From an uncultured Dehalococcoidia bacterium (GTDB lineage: Bacteria > Chloroflexota > Dehalococcoidia > Lucifugimonadales > UBA3495): a stretch of 34,067 nt of DNA. How positions within the stretch are numbered: the stretch's first letter is position 1; each line of letters opens with the position of its first letter. The notes beneath the pieces were generated by a model. The model was not told the origin of the DNA and did no database searches. It worked only from the letters and a program-made list of their open reading frames with translations. Location of the stretch: NCBI GenBank assembly GCA_950072105.1, contig CATMOE010000042.1, positions 1 through 34,067 on the forward strand, in the 5' to 3' direction. The translations under genes were made by a program, and so were the position numbers. Shown one piece after another: positions 1 to 9,529 of this stretch.

Positions 1-124
1 TTCCCGACTCCGCCAGGGACTCGCGACGAAGTCGGAGCCTCGCCGCCCTTCCGCCGAAGGGCTGGTGTCGGAATGACGAAGTGTGCGGCCGAAGGTCGGC
101 AATTCTATTTTCGGAGCAATGACG
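1..124. repeat. REP-like palindromic element (GTCATT.../...AATGACG type), truncated at the window edge
   Basis: TTCCCGAC (1-8) pairs with GTCGGAATGAC (67-77). Inner hairpin GCCCTTC-CGCC-GAAGGGC (45-62). A second GCAATGACG end lies at 116-124. The region is non-coding. Confidence 0.45.
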
Positions 125-174
125 GGCTTCTACATCCGGGCAATGCAAGCCAATGAACTTGACGCAATATTAGG

Positions 175-1323
175 ATGGTCGGCTCCGATACCGTGAAGGT
201 GGGCATCCCCGTCTCGCTCTCCGGTCAGTTCCAAGTGCAGGGACATCAGGCTTTGGCCGGACTGCAGGCCTGGGTTGAAGATGTAAACCGGTCAGGCGGC
301 GTAAAAGTTGGGCATTCCGATGCCGGCCGGCCGATCTCAATCGTCTACTATGACGACGCCAGCAAAACGGCCCAAGCTCGCCAGGCCACCGAACGCCTCA
401 TCACCAGAGACCGCGTAGACCTTCTGTTTGGGCCTTACTCCGGCGTTCTGGCTCTTGCGTCCGCCCAGGTGGCGGAGGGCCATGGCAGGTTGCTGTGGAA
501 CCAGGGCGGGGCATCCGACACCATATACCAACGAGGATTCAAATGGGTGGTGGGTGTACTCACGCCGGCCAGCCGCTACCTGGCAGAGTGGCTGCCCTTG
601 GTTCGAGGGGCCGATCCTAACGCCGACTCCCTGGCGATAGTGCGGGCAAGCACCGGAGCGTTTCCCAAGGCAGTCACCTCTACCGTGGAAAGCCAGGCCG
701 CGCGATTGGGGTTCAGGATCAGTTTGTTAAGAGAATTTGAGCCGTCCATCAACGATTTCAGCGCCGTACTCGACGAGGTGGAGCGGGTCCGTCCGGACCT
801 GTTGTTGGGCGTGGGGCGTATCCAAAATGACCTGTTGCTGGCCGGGCAGCTGGCGCGACGGGAACTGGGCTTAAAAGGGGTAGCGGTAGTGGCCGCCCCA
901 ATACAACAATTCAAGGACCACCTGGGAGAAGCCGCCGACGGATTCGTCGGCCCCAGCCAGTGGGAAGCCTCCGGCACCTATCCCAGAGATTACGGTCCCA
1001 CCGGCGCCGAGGTGATGGCGTTGCTACAGGGTAAGGGACACCGAACCGTAGATTATCCGATGGTCCAGGCGTACGCCGCCGGGTTGGTGGCCCAGCGCTG
1101 CGTGGAAGAGGCGGGGACATTGGAAGACTCGGCACTGCGGGAAACGGCGGGACGGCTAGATTTCTCAACCTTCTACGGACGGTTCAAGATTGACCCGGTC
1201 ACTGGCTGTCAGCTCGGACGCTCGACGGTTCTAGTCCAGTGGCAGCGAGGGCGGAAGGTGATCGTTGGTCCTTCGGACCAACGGCAAGCGCCGATGGTAT
1301 ACCCCTGGCGGAATCAGCCGTAA
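175..1323 (+). CDS. Periplasmic-binding-protein type I fold, LivJ/LivK/AmiC-like amino acid ABC substrate-binding protein (no signal peptide)
   Basis: VKVGIPVSLSGQF, YYDDAS, VDLLFGPYSG and FSTFYGRFKID...VQWQ motifs are typical of PBP1 branched-chain binding proteins. Confidence 0.85.
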   Translation: MVGSDTVKVGIPVSLSGQFQVQGHQALAGLQAWVEDVNRSGGVKVGHSDAGRPISIVYYDDASKTAQARQATERLITRDRVDLLFGPYSGVLALASAQVAEGHGRLLWNQGGASDTIYQRGFKWVVGVLTPASRYLAEWLPLVRGADPNADSLAIVRASTGAFPKAVTSTVESQAARLGFRISLLREFEPSINDFSAVLDEVERVRPDLLLGVGRIQNDLLLAGQLARRELGLKGVAVVAAPIQQFKDHLGEAADGFVGPSQWEASGTYPRDYGPTGAEVMALLQGKGHRTVDYPMVQAYAAGLVAQRCVEEAGTLEDSALRETAGRLDFSTFYGRFKIDPVTGCQLGRSTVLVQWQRGRKVIVGPSDQRQAPMVYPWRNQP

Positions 1324-1402
1324 ATACCTATATTAGACTTTGGTACTCCTCTTTGATCGGGTGCTGGAGGAGTGGGAAGCTGAAGAACCAAGGAGCATCG
1401 AT

Positions 1403-2236
1403 ATGCGGCTAAAAGACCGGGTCGCGATAATTACCGGAGCCGGGCGCGGCATCGGCCGGGCCATTGCGCTAGCATACGCCCGGGAAGGGGCCATCATGAC
1501 TCTGGCAGCCCGGAGCGCCGGCGAGTTGGAAGAGACAGCCCGGTTGGCTCAGGAGTTGGGGGCCGCCACTCATATCGTGCTGACCGATGTGACGAAACAG
1601 GACGACGTTGATGAGATGGTCCGCCAGACTGTGGACCGGTTTTCCACCATCGATATCCTGGTGAACAACGCGGGCATCGGGGGGCCGGTAGGACTGCTGC
1701 AGGACAACGACGTTGCCGAGTGGATCAACACTATCCAGGTGAACGTGGTGGGCACTTATCTATGCTGCCGGGCGGTGTTGCCGGTGATGATTGCCCAGGA
1801 CAGGGGTAAGATAGTCAACCTGGCCGGAGCCGGCGCCACCGCGGCCTGGCGTAACACCTCGGCTTACTGCGCCAGCAAAGCGGCCGTCGTCCGTTTAACC
1901 GAGAATATCTGGCTGGAATTGAATGGTAAGAACGTTCAGATCAACTCCCTGGGGCCGGGCTCCATCGATACCCGGATGTGGGAGCAGTTGCGGGACGGCG
2001 CGGAGTTAGTCGGCGACAAGGACCTTTTCGAGCTGGGAGTGAAAGTGACTGGCGGCGGCGGAGCGTCCATAGACCGGGCCGCCGACCTAGCCGTGTTTTT
2101 CGCCAGCGAGGAATCCGGCAAGCTGAGTGGGCGGCTGATCAGCGCCGTAGCTGACGATTTCGATAATCTGCCGCCCCGCATTCCCGAGATCATGGCTTCC
2201 GACGCCTTCATCGTCCGCAAGGTGGAGTTGGATTAG
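1403..2236 (+). CDS. Short-chain dehydrogenase/reductase (classical SDR)
   Basis: TGAGRGIG, NNAG and YCASK motifs. Start moved from the ORF-track TTG 1340 to ATG 1403, which follows an AGGAG SD at 1391-1395. Confidence 0.9.
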   Translation: MRLKDRVAIITGAGRGIGRAIALAYAREGAIMTLAARSAGELEETARLAQELGAATHIVLTDVTKQDDVDEMVRQTVDRFSTIDILVNNAGIGGPVGLLQDNDVAEWINTIQVNVVGTYLCCRAVLPVMIAQDRGKIVNLAGAGATAAWRNTSAYCASKAAVVRLTENIWLELNGKNVQINSLGPGSIDTRMWEQLRDGAELVGDKDLFELGVKVTGGGGASIDRAADLAVFFASEESGKLSGRLISAVADDFDNLPPRIPEIMASDAFIVRKVELD

Positions 2237-2292
2237 GGCCAATCCCCGCCACAACTAGAAATATATCGCTGGCGACGTAGGTCCCTAGGGTT

Positions 2293-3294
2293 TCATTGAA
2301 CCGACTGAACGAACCGCTGGCGCAAATGGTGCTCTGCATCGTCACAAATGGTACGGAGGACGTCGCCCGCAGGCTTAACAGCATCGACGAATGCAGCTGC
2401 CTTGCCAAACCAAGCTGAGCCCACCTCGAGGTCGCCGCGCTGCCTCGCCTCAGCGTAGGCTGGGATTATCTCATCCAGGCGGTCTCGGAGTTCATTTTCC
2501 CGGCCGTGCCACTCCTGGGCGAACCGGTTATTATAGGCGCGGCCAGAGACCCTTTCAGGCCAATCCGGGTTGCCAGCTAATCCGGTATTCAGGATGTCAA
2601 ATACCTGGGTTTGAATGGTGTTTTCCCCGTCGCTGTCAACAATCAATTTTTTGTGCGCATCTGCAACGTCGGAGGCTTCTTGAGCAGCCGTGAAGACAGT
2701 GCCCATCCAGGCTCCATCGGCGCCCGCGGCTAGCACGGCTGCCAGGGAGCGCCCGTCACCGATCTCCCCGGCGGCCAGTACTGGCAAGTCTGGAAACTCA
2801 ATGACGACACGGACGAGAAAGGGCAACAGACTTAGTGTACCGGTATGCCCACCTGCATCGTTACCTTGCGCCGCCAGGACGTCGGTCCCGCCTGCAACAG
2901 CCAAACGAGCCCCGTCCATCGTTTGAACCTGGCAAATTGTAACGGCCCCACTTTCTTTGGCACGCTTCAACCAGGGCGTAGGATCGGCGAAGGAGAAGAG
3001 GATAACCGGTACTTGCTGTTCCAACACAGCCTCGAAGTTCTGTGGCGCTCGCGGAATGTTTTGGGTGATGAAGCCACCGCCGAAAGGTTTAGTCGTTTGT
3101 GAGCGAATGTGCTCGATCTGCTGCCTGATGTAGTCAGGATCGTAGGTATTGGCAGCATTGACGCAGCCAAAAGTCCCCAGTCCTCCCCCCGAGGAAACGG
3201 CGGTCGCCAAACTCCCGCCGCTTGCGCCGTTCATGGGCGCGGAGATGATTGGGTATTCAATTCCCAGGCGTTCCGTAATATGCGTCTTCAGCAT
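2293..3294 (-). CDS. Nitronate monooxygenase / 2-nitropropane dioxygenase family FMN enzyme
   Basis: LGIEYPIISAPM, GGLG, QGNDAGGH and LAAGADGAWMGT motifs. GGAGGT SD upstream. Confidence 0.88.
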   Translation of the reverse strand: MLKTHITERLGIEYPIISAPMNGASGGSLATAVSSGGGLGTFGCVNAANTYDPDYIRQQIEHIRSQTTKPFGGGFITQNIPRAPQNFEAVLEQQVPVILFSFADPTPWLKRAKESGAVTICQVQTMDGARLAVAGGTDVLAAQGNDAGGHTGTLSLLPFLVRVVIEFPDLPVLAAGEIGDGRSLAAVLAAGADGAWMGTVFTAAQEASDVADAHKKLIVDSDGENTIQTQVFDILNTGLAGNPDWPERVSGRAYNNRFAQEWHGRENELRDRLDEIIPAYAEARQRGDLEVGSAWFGKAAAFVDAVKPAGDVLRTICDDAEHHLRQRFVQSVQ

Positions 3295-3389
3295 TTACCT
3301 ACCTCCCCATTTGCATCTGTAGCGGGAGTTGTGGTACCGGGGGGAGACCATGGCAACAGACCGGTAATTGGCTGGCTCTGGATCGCGAT

Positions 3390-3457
3390 GTCATTCCCGG
3401 GACTCCGAACTCCTACTCCAACTCTCCCCCGTATTGGGGGGCGTTAGAGTGGGGGTG
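3390..3457. repeat. Intergenic palindrome / REP-like hairpin (possible terminator of the FAH gene)
   Basis: GTCATTCCC at 3390 is followed by an imperfect inverted repeat CTCCTACTCCAAC..CCCCC-GTATT-GGGGG..GTTAGAGTGGGGG. Confidence 0.4.
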
Positions 3458-3492
3458 CGTTCGTGTTCTTAGGCGAGCACGATCAATGGAGC

Positions 3493-4248
3493 TTACTCTT
3501 CAAGTTTGACCGGGTTGCTGAGCACCCCGATCCCCTCGATCTCAATCTCGCAGATGTCGCCGTCTTTCATCTCACCCGGCGTTCCCGGCGTGCCAGTGTA
3601 AATCATGTCGCCGGCTTCCAGAGTGACGTACTCTGAGCAGAAGGATATTAAGGTCGGGATGTCGAAGATCAGATATGTAGTGCTTTCGCTCTGCACCTCT
3701 TTACCGTTGATGCGGCCGGTGACCCGGATGTTGTGGGGGTCCAAGTCGGTCTCGATCCACGGACCGGCGGGGGAAAAGGTATCCGTGGACTTGGCGCGCC
3801 ACCAATTCCGGTCTTCCTCTTGCCAGTCGCGGGCGCTGACGTCGTTGCCGCAGGTGTAACCCAGAACGTGCTGCATGGCGTCCTCTTTGGAGACGTTGCG
3901 GCAACTGTCTTTCATAATCACAACCAGCTCGGCCTCAGCGTCTAGCTTTTTCGTTCCTTTGAGCCGGATGATGGTGTCGCCCGGTCCGATGACCGAAGTG
4001 GGCGTTTTGTAGAAGACCATGGGCACGGGTGGACTCGTCCGGTCATGTAGGTGGCTGGAGTAGTTGAGCCCGATGGCCAGGATCTTGCCCGGTACGCAGG
4101 GCGCCAACAGCTTGACGTCGGTCAAGGGATGAACGTGGTCGATCACTTCGTGGGGTTCGAAGGGGCTGGCGCTCAACTGTTTCACGTTGTCGCCCTAAAT
4201 GATTCCATAGCTGATCTGGCCGTGGGCGAGATACCTGGCGATTCTCAT
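3493..4248 (-). pseudogene. Fumarylacetoacetate (FAH) hydrolase family protein interrupted by an in-frame TAG at codon 18
   Basis: SD AGGAGA, then ATG 4248 reads MRIARYLAHGQISYGII*GDNVKQL..., continuous with the 230-aa ORF carrying AIGLNY, EAEL, GNDVSARDWQ and TGTP motifs. The TAG is at 4197-4195. Confidence 0.75.
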
Positions 4249-4572
4249 CGATGTTTCTCCTGATTATTGGAGTTGGACGGTTTATCCGGCCTCAACCGGG
4301 CGCGCCGGACGCAGGATCAACGGCGTGGGCTCAACGATTATCTCCGTCTACACCAGCCATTGCAACCATTTCAAAAACGAACCTTAATATCGCCGATACT
4401 CCACCTTACTAGGACGGAATCGGACTGGGGATACGCACGGTTAGCCCTCGATTGACTGGCTTTGCGTGCTCGGCTACACTTCCAGCCATCGTAAGGACCT
4501 TTACGGCAGACCGGATCGGTTTATCAACCCGATATTTGCCGATATTTGCGTAAAAGAGGTGACTTCAACGAG

Positions 4573-5367
4573 ATGAGTATTCCAGAATTTGACGTAGCCG
4601 GACAAAAGGTATTGTTGGTTGGCGCAGGCCGGGGAATCGGCAAAGGCATCGCGATGGTGTTCGCCGAAGCGGGCGCCGATGTAGCCATCACCGGATTGAC
4701 CGAGACCGGTGTGAATCAGGTAGCCAAGGAAGTCCGGGCTTTGGGACGCACCGCACTCCCGTTGGCGGGTGACGCCACCAAGACGGCCGACATGGACCGG
4801 ATAACCGAGCAGGTGCTGGGGGAGTTCGGCCATATCGACACATTGATCAATTGTGTCGGCGACTCTATACACAAGCCCGTGGTGAAACTACCCGGCGGCG
4901 ACATCGAAGGGATGACCGAAGAAGATTGGCATCATGTGATTGACATAAACCTAACCGAGGCATTTCAAGGATGCCGGGCCGTTGGCCCCCACCTGTTGGA
5001 GCGCCGCCAAGGTTGCGTGATCAACATCTCTGGTTGGGCGTCCTTCAGGGGCCGTCCCGGGTACTCGGCCTACGACGCGGCTAAAGCCGGACTGATGCGT
5101 TTTACCGAATGCTTGGCCCAGGAATGGGCGCCATTTGGTGTTCGGGTCAACACGGTTGCGCCTGGGTCGTTCCCAGACCCAGACCAAATGTCCGCTGAGG
5201 CCTATCAGACCCGCCAGGACACTGCCGCGAAGCAGATCCCCTTGGGTCGGACTGGAAAACTTAAAGAACCGGGTTATCTGTCGGTGTTCCTGGCCTCCCC
5301 GGCGGCAGCCTACATCACCGGGCAGACCTGGGCGGTGGACGGCGGGATAAGTATCAAGCACCCGTGA
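4573..5367 (+). CDS. Short-chain dehydrogenase/reductase
   Basis: GAGRGIG, YDAAK, RVNTVAPG and VDGG motifs. ATG 4573 follows GAGGTG. Confidence 0.9.
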   Translation: MSIPEFDVAGQKVLLVGAGRGIGKGIAMVFAEAGADVAITGLTETGVNQVAKEVRALGRTALPLAGDATKTADMDRITEQVLGEFGHIDTLINCVGDSIHKPVVKLPGGDIEGMTEEDWHHVIDINLTEAFQGCRAVGPHLLERRQGCVINISGWASFRGRPGYSAYDAAKAGLMRFTECLAQEWAPFGVRVNTVAPGSFPDPDQMSAEAYQTRQDTAAKQIPLGRTGKLKEPGYLSVFLASPAAAYITGQTWAVDGGISIKHP

Positions 5368-6682
5368 TTGATTGGTTATTGTTACATCCGCTGAGTACAG
5401 GTGCTGGTTTCGGCCAGGTCTGATAGCGTGCGGAATATTTCTGTTCTTTGATCGTGAACGACAGGAGCACTGCCGGCAGCAACAAGAATCCGGCCATGGT
5501 AAATGGTAGTGTGTAAGAGCCGGTCACGTCGAACAGGTACCCAGCGATCAAGATACCGGACGCGCCGCCAATCTGCCGAACTAAAACGGTCATACCGGTG
5601 ATGATTCCCAGCGCGCTCAGGCCGTAAATATCGGCGGTCAAGGAAACGGTCTGAGGAGTGGTGGCCATAAACGAAAACCCTATGACGGCCGCAAACACCC
5701 ATAATTCCAAGTTTCCCGGCAAAAGCAACAGGGCGATAAAGGCGCAACCCCTCAGTGAATAGATCAGCGTCAGCACGGTCTTGCGCTGCATCATGTCGGT
5801 CACCAATCCAGCAGTCGTGCTCCCTACGACGTTAAGCACCATCATGAATCCGAACGCGATTGCTGCTGCGGAAGGCGACAGGCCCCGATCAATGCCATAA
5901 GGCACAAAATGAACCAGCAAGATCGACGTAGTGAATCCGTCGGCAAAAAAACCAGCCGTTATTTGCCAAATAGGCCAGGACCGGAATGACTCGCGCCACC
6001 GGGAGGTCTGCAACGGTCCGGCCAGATGGTTTGAATCCGGACTGACGTCGCCTTTGGGAGGCTGCGCGTCACCGTCGGGCCTCAACCCCAGCTTTTCCGG
6101 GTCGTCGTGCACTACCAGATAAACGAGGGGAACTGCCACTAACAGGACAATCAAGCCGAGGGTCACCCAGGCCAGCCGCCAATTAGTGGCCTGGATCATG
6201 TAGGCGGCCAAAGGGATAATAAGAAGGCCCCCCAACGCTACACCTGCGCCGTTTAGCCCCACCGCGGTGGCCCGTCTCCGCCGAAACCATTTGACGATCA
6301 AAGCGCCGGTGTTGGCAGGAGAGGTCCCGCTGAAAGACGTTCCGGCTATCACTCCGAACATGAAGATAACGAAGAGAATGTGGAACGTCAGGCCAAGGGC
6401 TGCGGTGGCTAGTCCGAAAATGGTCAAGCTAACGAGAATCACACGCCGGCCCCCAAATCGGTCTAACGCTTTGCCCAACAAAGGCTGCATCAGGCCGTGG
6501 AAAAGGAAACCCATAGAAGCCGCGATTGAAATGGCGCCGCGGCCCCAGCCGAATTCTTCGCTCATGGGGATCACGAAAACACCGAAGGCGCCGCGCGCAG
6601 TGACGATCGCGACGATCATGCAGACCGCGACCACGTACCACCCGTGGTAAGTGTGTGTCCCGCGGGCAAAAGCCCTCTTCAT
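5354..6682 (-). CDS. MFS transporter (OFA/monocarboxylate-like)
   Basis: About 12 hydrophobic segments, motif A GKALDRFGGRR, N-terminal HGWYVV, KWFRRRR. The 3' end overlaps the convergent SDR by 14 nt. Confidence 0.9.
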   Translation of the reverse strand: MKRAFARGTHTYHGWYVVAVCMIVAIVTARGAFGVFVIPMSEEFGWGRGAISIAASMGFLFHGLMQPLLGKALDRFGGRRVILVSLTIFGLATAALGLTFHILFVIFMFGVIAGTSFSGTSPANTGALIVKWFRRRRATAVGLNGAGVALGGLLIIPLAAYMIQATNWRLAWVTLGLIVLLVAVPLVYLVVHDDPEKLGLRPDGDAQPPKGDVSPDSNHLAGPLQTSRWRESFRSWPIWQITAGFFADGFTTSILLVHFVPYGIDRGLSPSAAAIAFGFMMVLNVVGSTTAGLVTDMMQRKTVLTLIYSLRGCAFIALLLLPGNLELWVFAAVIGFSFMATTPQTVSLTADIYGLSALGIITGMTVLVRQIGGASGILIAGYLFDVTGSYTLPFTMAGFLLLPAVLLSFTIKEQKYSARYQTWPKPAPVLSGCNNNQSITGA

Positions 6683-7007
6683 AAATATGCCTCTCGGGAG
6701 CGATGTGCCTGCCGCTTTCCCATCTGCGAATTCGATATTTCCAATGTACCGCTTCGTTCACCCTCGTTCTATCCGGAACTTGTAATCAAACTTTTACCTA
6801 GTTACGCCAATGCGAGACCGCTTGCACCGTTGAACTCCCTTGCGTGGGTTTTGCTGTCCTAGTGTCACCGCTTAACGGCAACGGCTGGCGAGCCGTGTGG
6901 CTGTCCTGCTAGAGATGAAGGAGAGTCGATAGGGATGGTCTAGCGATGAAAACTGACAGTGTTCGAATCGGGCGGCGAAGCTGCTGTACGGGCCGGCAAA
7001 TTTGACA

Positions 7008-7036
7008 TTGCTTTAACAAAGTATCTTCCATAGAAT
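7008..7036 (+). promoter_or_regulatory. Putative sigma70 promoter of the response regulator
   Basis: TTGCTT (7008-7013), 17 nt spacer, TAGAAT (7031-7036). Confidence 0.5.
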
Positions 7037-7110
7037 CCGATATAAGGCCCTTGAATACTAGGACAAGGAGCCCGATGTGGGAACGTAGAAGGGCGGTTCG
7101 AGGGGGATTG

Positions 7111-7755
7111 ATGGTTAAAGTTCTTATCGTGGAAAACGAAGGTCTCTTTAGAGACATGCTAAAGATCTCTTTGGGTTCTATACCCAATATGGAGATTGTT
7201 GACGCGGTGTCCGACGGTCACGCAGCGATCCAAACCTCCAGCCAATTGCAACCCGATGTTGTATTGATGGACATAGAATTGGGCGGGGATCCCAACGGTA
7301 TCGAGGCTGGGAGAACTATCAAATCAAACCATCCTGAAATGGGCATGATTCTTCTCTCCGCCCATAAGGAGCGGGAGTACGTGAGCATGATTGCTTCCGA
7401 CGATCTCTCCGGGTGGTCCTACGTTTTGAAACAGTCGGTGACCGATGCCGGAGCTTTGGTTCGCGCGATCGAAGGAGCGGCTTGCGGATTGGCGGTGATG
7501 GACCAGGGAGTGGTCAATAGCATGAAGCCGCGTAGAGGCTCGGATACAGCCGGCCTCACTCCGCGCCAACAAGAAGTACTATCGATGATGGCCAAGGGTT
7601 ACAACAACTCCTCCATCGCCGAAAATCTCGTATTGGGCACCAAGTCGGTTGAGAATTATATCAACGCCATATACCAAGAACTCCACTTGGGCCACAACGG
7701 CAACCTTCACCCCAGGGTCCAGGCGGTCCTGACCTACATCCGGGACAGCGCTTAA
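7111..7755 (+). CDS. NarL/FixJ-family response regulator (REC + LuxR HTH), no adjacent kinase
   Basis: VLMDIEL phosphoacceptor, conserved S and K, LTPRQQEVL..GYNN..IAE HTH. ATG 7111 follows GAGGGGG. Confidence 0.9.
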   Translation: MVKVLIVENEGLFRDMLKISLGSIPNMEIVDAVSDGHAAIQTSSQLQPDVVLMDIELGGDPNGIEAGRTIKSNHPEMGMILLSAHKEREYVSMIASDDLSGWSYVLKQSVTDAGALVRAIEGAACGLAVMDQGVVNSMKPRRGSDTAGLTPRQQEVLSMMAKGYNNSSIAENLVLGTKSVENYINAIYQELHLGHNGNLHPRVQAVLTYIRDSA

Positions 7756-8100
7756 GGGATCTTCCCGCAACGGGCGCTATCGGTCTCGTGACTTTTGGCT
7801 GGAGACTAGATCCCCCTGCCCATTTTACGACAGGGGGTGAGTTTCCCTTGCGGCCCGGGCTGTCTTCTTGTCCTTTTCATTGATACTTCCCAGAACGCCT
7901 CTAGCTTGTATTGCGACTTCCTTCAGGGCTATCATTGGATAGCTAGCCGTACCTGAAGGACGGCGGGGAGATATGCGTTGGACTATCGCGGCGGCAAGGT
8001 TTTTAAGGATTTTAACCATGGGCCAGGGGAATCGGAATCGTCTGACTTGGTTACTTTCTCTTATTTCCGGTTAGCCGAAGCGGTAGGGTAAAACATCGTT

Positions 8101-8829
8101 GTGCCGGTGAACTCTGTTGGCGACGCTATCAAGTTAGAGGGATTGGAAAAGAGTTTCGGCGACTGGCCGGTGCTCTGGGACTTGGATCTGACCCTGGGAT
8201 GGGGACAATTTCTCGTCATTTTCGGGGCCAACGGCGTGGGCAAGTCTACCTTGCTGCGAATCCTGTCAGCCCAGGCCAGAGCCGACGCGGGGAAGGCGTT
8301 GATCGCGGGTTACGACCTGCAGCGCAACCCACAAGCGGTTCGGAGCCGGGTTGGCGTCGTTGCCCATCAAACTTTTCTGTATGACGATCTGACTGCCCTT
8401 GAAAACCTGGTCTACTACGGACGCCTGTTCGGCCTTAATGACCCTGAAAAAAAGGCCGACGAGGCCCTTTCCAAATTGGGGATGGACCGCCGATCCGGCC
8501 AGCGTTTACGTAGCCTTTCCCATGGAATGCAGAAACGGGTAGCTATCGCCCGGGCTATCATGCATCGGCCTTCTATCCTGTTATTGGACGAGCCGGAGAG
8601 CGGGCTGGACCGTGGCTCGGTGGAGTTACTCAGAGAACTCTTACAAGAGTGGGCCGAATCTGGGCGCGCCGTGGTCATGACGACCCATGATACCGAATTG
8701 GGGTTCTCGTGGACCGGCCAACTAGGTCTGCTGGCCGAGGGGAATCTCCATCTCAGTGGGCCGGAAGGGACCGGCGACTCTGCCGAATTTCTCCGGCGGG
8801 TAACTGTATCTCTGGGCGCCAGCCGATGA
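8101..8829 (+). CDS. ccmA: Heme exporter ABC ATPase CcmA
   Basis: Walker A GANGVGKS, signature LSHGMQKR, LLLDEP, TTH. First gene of the ccm cluster. Confidence 0.9.
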   Translation: MPVNSVGDAIKLEGLEKSFGDWPVLWDLDLTLGWGQFLVIFGANGVGKSTLLRILSAQARADAGKALIAGYDLQRNPQAVRSRVGVVAHQTFLYDDLTALENLVYYGRLFGLNDPEKKADEALSKLGMDRRSGQRLRSLSHGMQKRVAIARAIMHRPSILLLDEPESGLDRGSVELLRELLQEWAESGRAVVMTTHDTELGFSWTGQLGLLAEGNLHLSGPEGTGDSAEFLRRVTVSLGASR

Positions 8830-9500
8830 TGCAGTTATTGAGGCCCGTCCTGATACTGGTAAGGAAGGATATCCTGCTGGAGTGGCGTTCCCGGGACCTA
8901 GTGGTGTCGATGTTGGTATTCAGCCTACTGATCGTGGTGGTGTTCAACTTTGCCCTAAACGTCACACCTCAGCGGGTTACCGTGCTGGCTCCGGGGATCA
9001 TCTGGGTGACCTTTGCTTTCGCGGCGACATTGGCCATGAATCGTTCATTCGTTCGGGAGATGGAGCAGGGGGGATTGGCGGGGTTGCTACTGTCTCCGGT
9101 AAGCCGTGACGCCATTTTCTTGGGGAAAGCCTTGAGCAGCTTTCTATTCATGCTATTGGTTGAGGCCGCTTTGTTGCCGATTTTCGGCGCTCTGCTCAAT
9201 TTTCCAGTGTTGTCTTTCACCTTGGTACTAACCATCGTGATGGCCACTTTGGGGTTTGCGCTGGTTGGCACTCTGTTCTCGGCTATCGCCGTTCAGACCA
9301 GATCGCGTGAGATCATGCTCCCGGTTTTATTCTTCCCGGTGATCTTGCCGGTAATCATCGCCGCGGTTGAGGCGTCTTCGGCCTCGATCGGTTCCGAGCC
9401 GGGCGTTGGGTTGAACCGATGGCTGCCTCTGCTAGCTATCTTCGACGCCTTATTCTTAGTAATATGTCCGTGGGTTTTTGCCGTAGTTGTAGAGGAATGA
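8826..9500 (+). CDS. ccmB: Heme exporter permease CcmB
   Basis: Six TM segments, KDILLEWRSR, EMEQGGL, LPVLFFPVILP. ATGA overlap with the ccmA stop. Confidence 0.9.
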   Translation: MMQLLRPVLILVRKDILLEWRSRDLVVSMLVFSLLIVVVFNFALNVTPQRVTVLAPGIIWVTFAFAATLAMNRSFVREMEQGGLAGLLLSPVSRDAIFLGKALSSFLFMLLVEAALLPIFGALLNFPVLSFTLVLTIVMATLGFALVGTLFSAIAVQTRSREIMLPVLFFPVILPVIIAAVEASSASIGSEPGVGLNRWLPLLAIFDALFLVICPWVFAVVVEE

Positions 9501-9529
9501 TGCTGGAAAAGAAGAGGAGGTAGGACCGA

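Noticed and set aside
6590..6620. Possible 2-aa deletion in MFS TM1 (VTARGAFGVF versus a remembered T-x-G-x-R-x-x-FGVF)
   Set aside because: My recollection of the family consensus is not precise enough. It needs an alignment.
7825..8019. 64-aa minus-strand ORF between the regulator and ccmA
   Set aside because: No SD and no recognisable motif. It cannot be supported without homology data.
4195..9523. Genome-wide TAG recoding (pyrrolysine or code 15), suggested by two in-frame ambers (FAH codon 18 and the ccmC leader)
   Set aside because: Many conserved genes here, including efp, the ECF sigma, xseB and the first SDR, end at TAG at their expected C-termini. No pyl genes or suppressor tRNA are visible.
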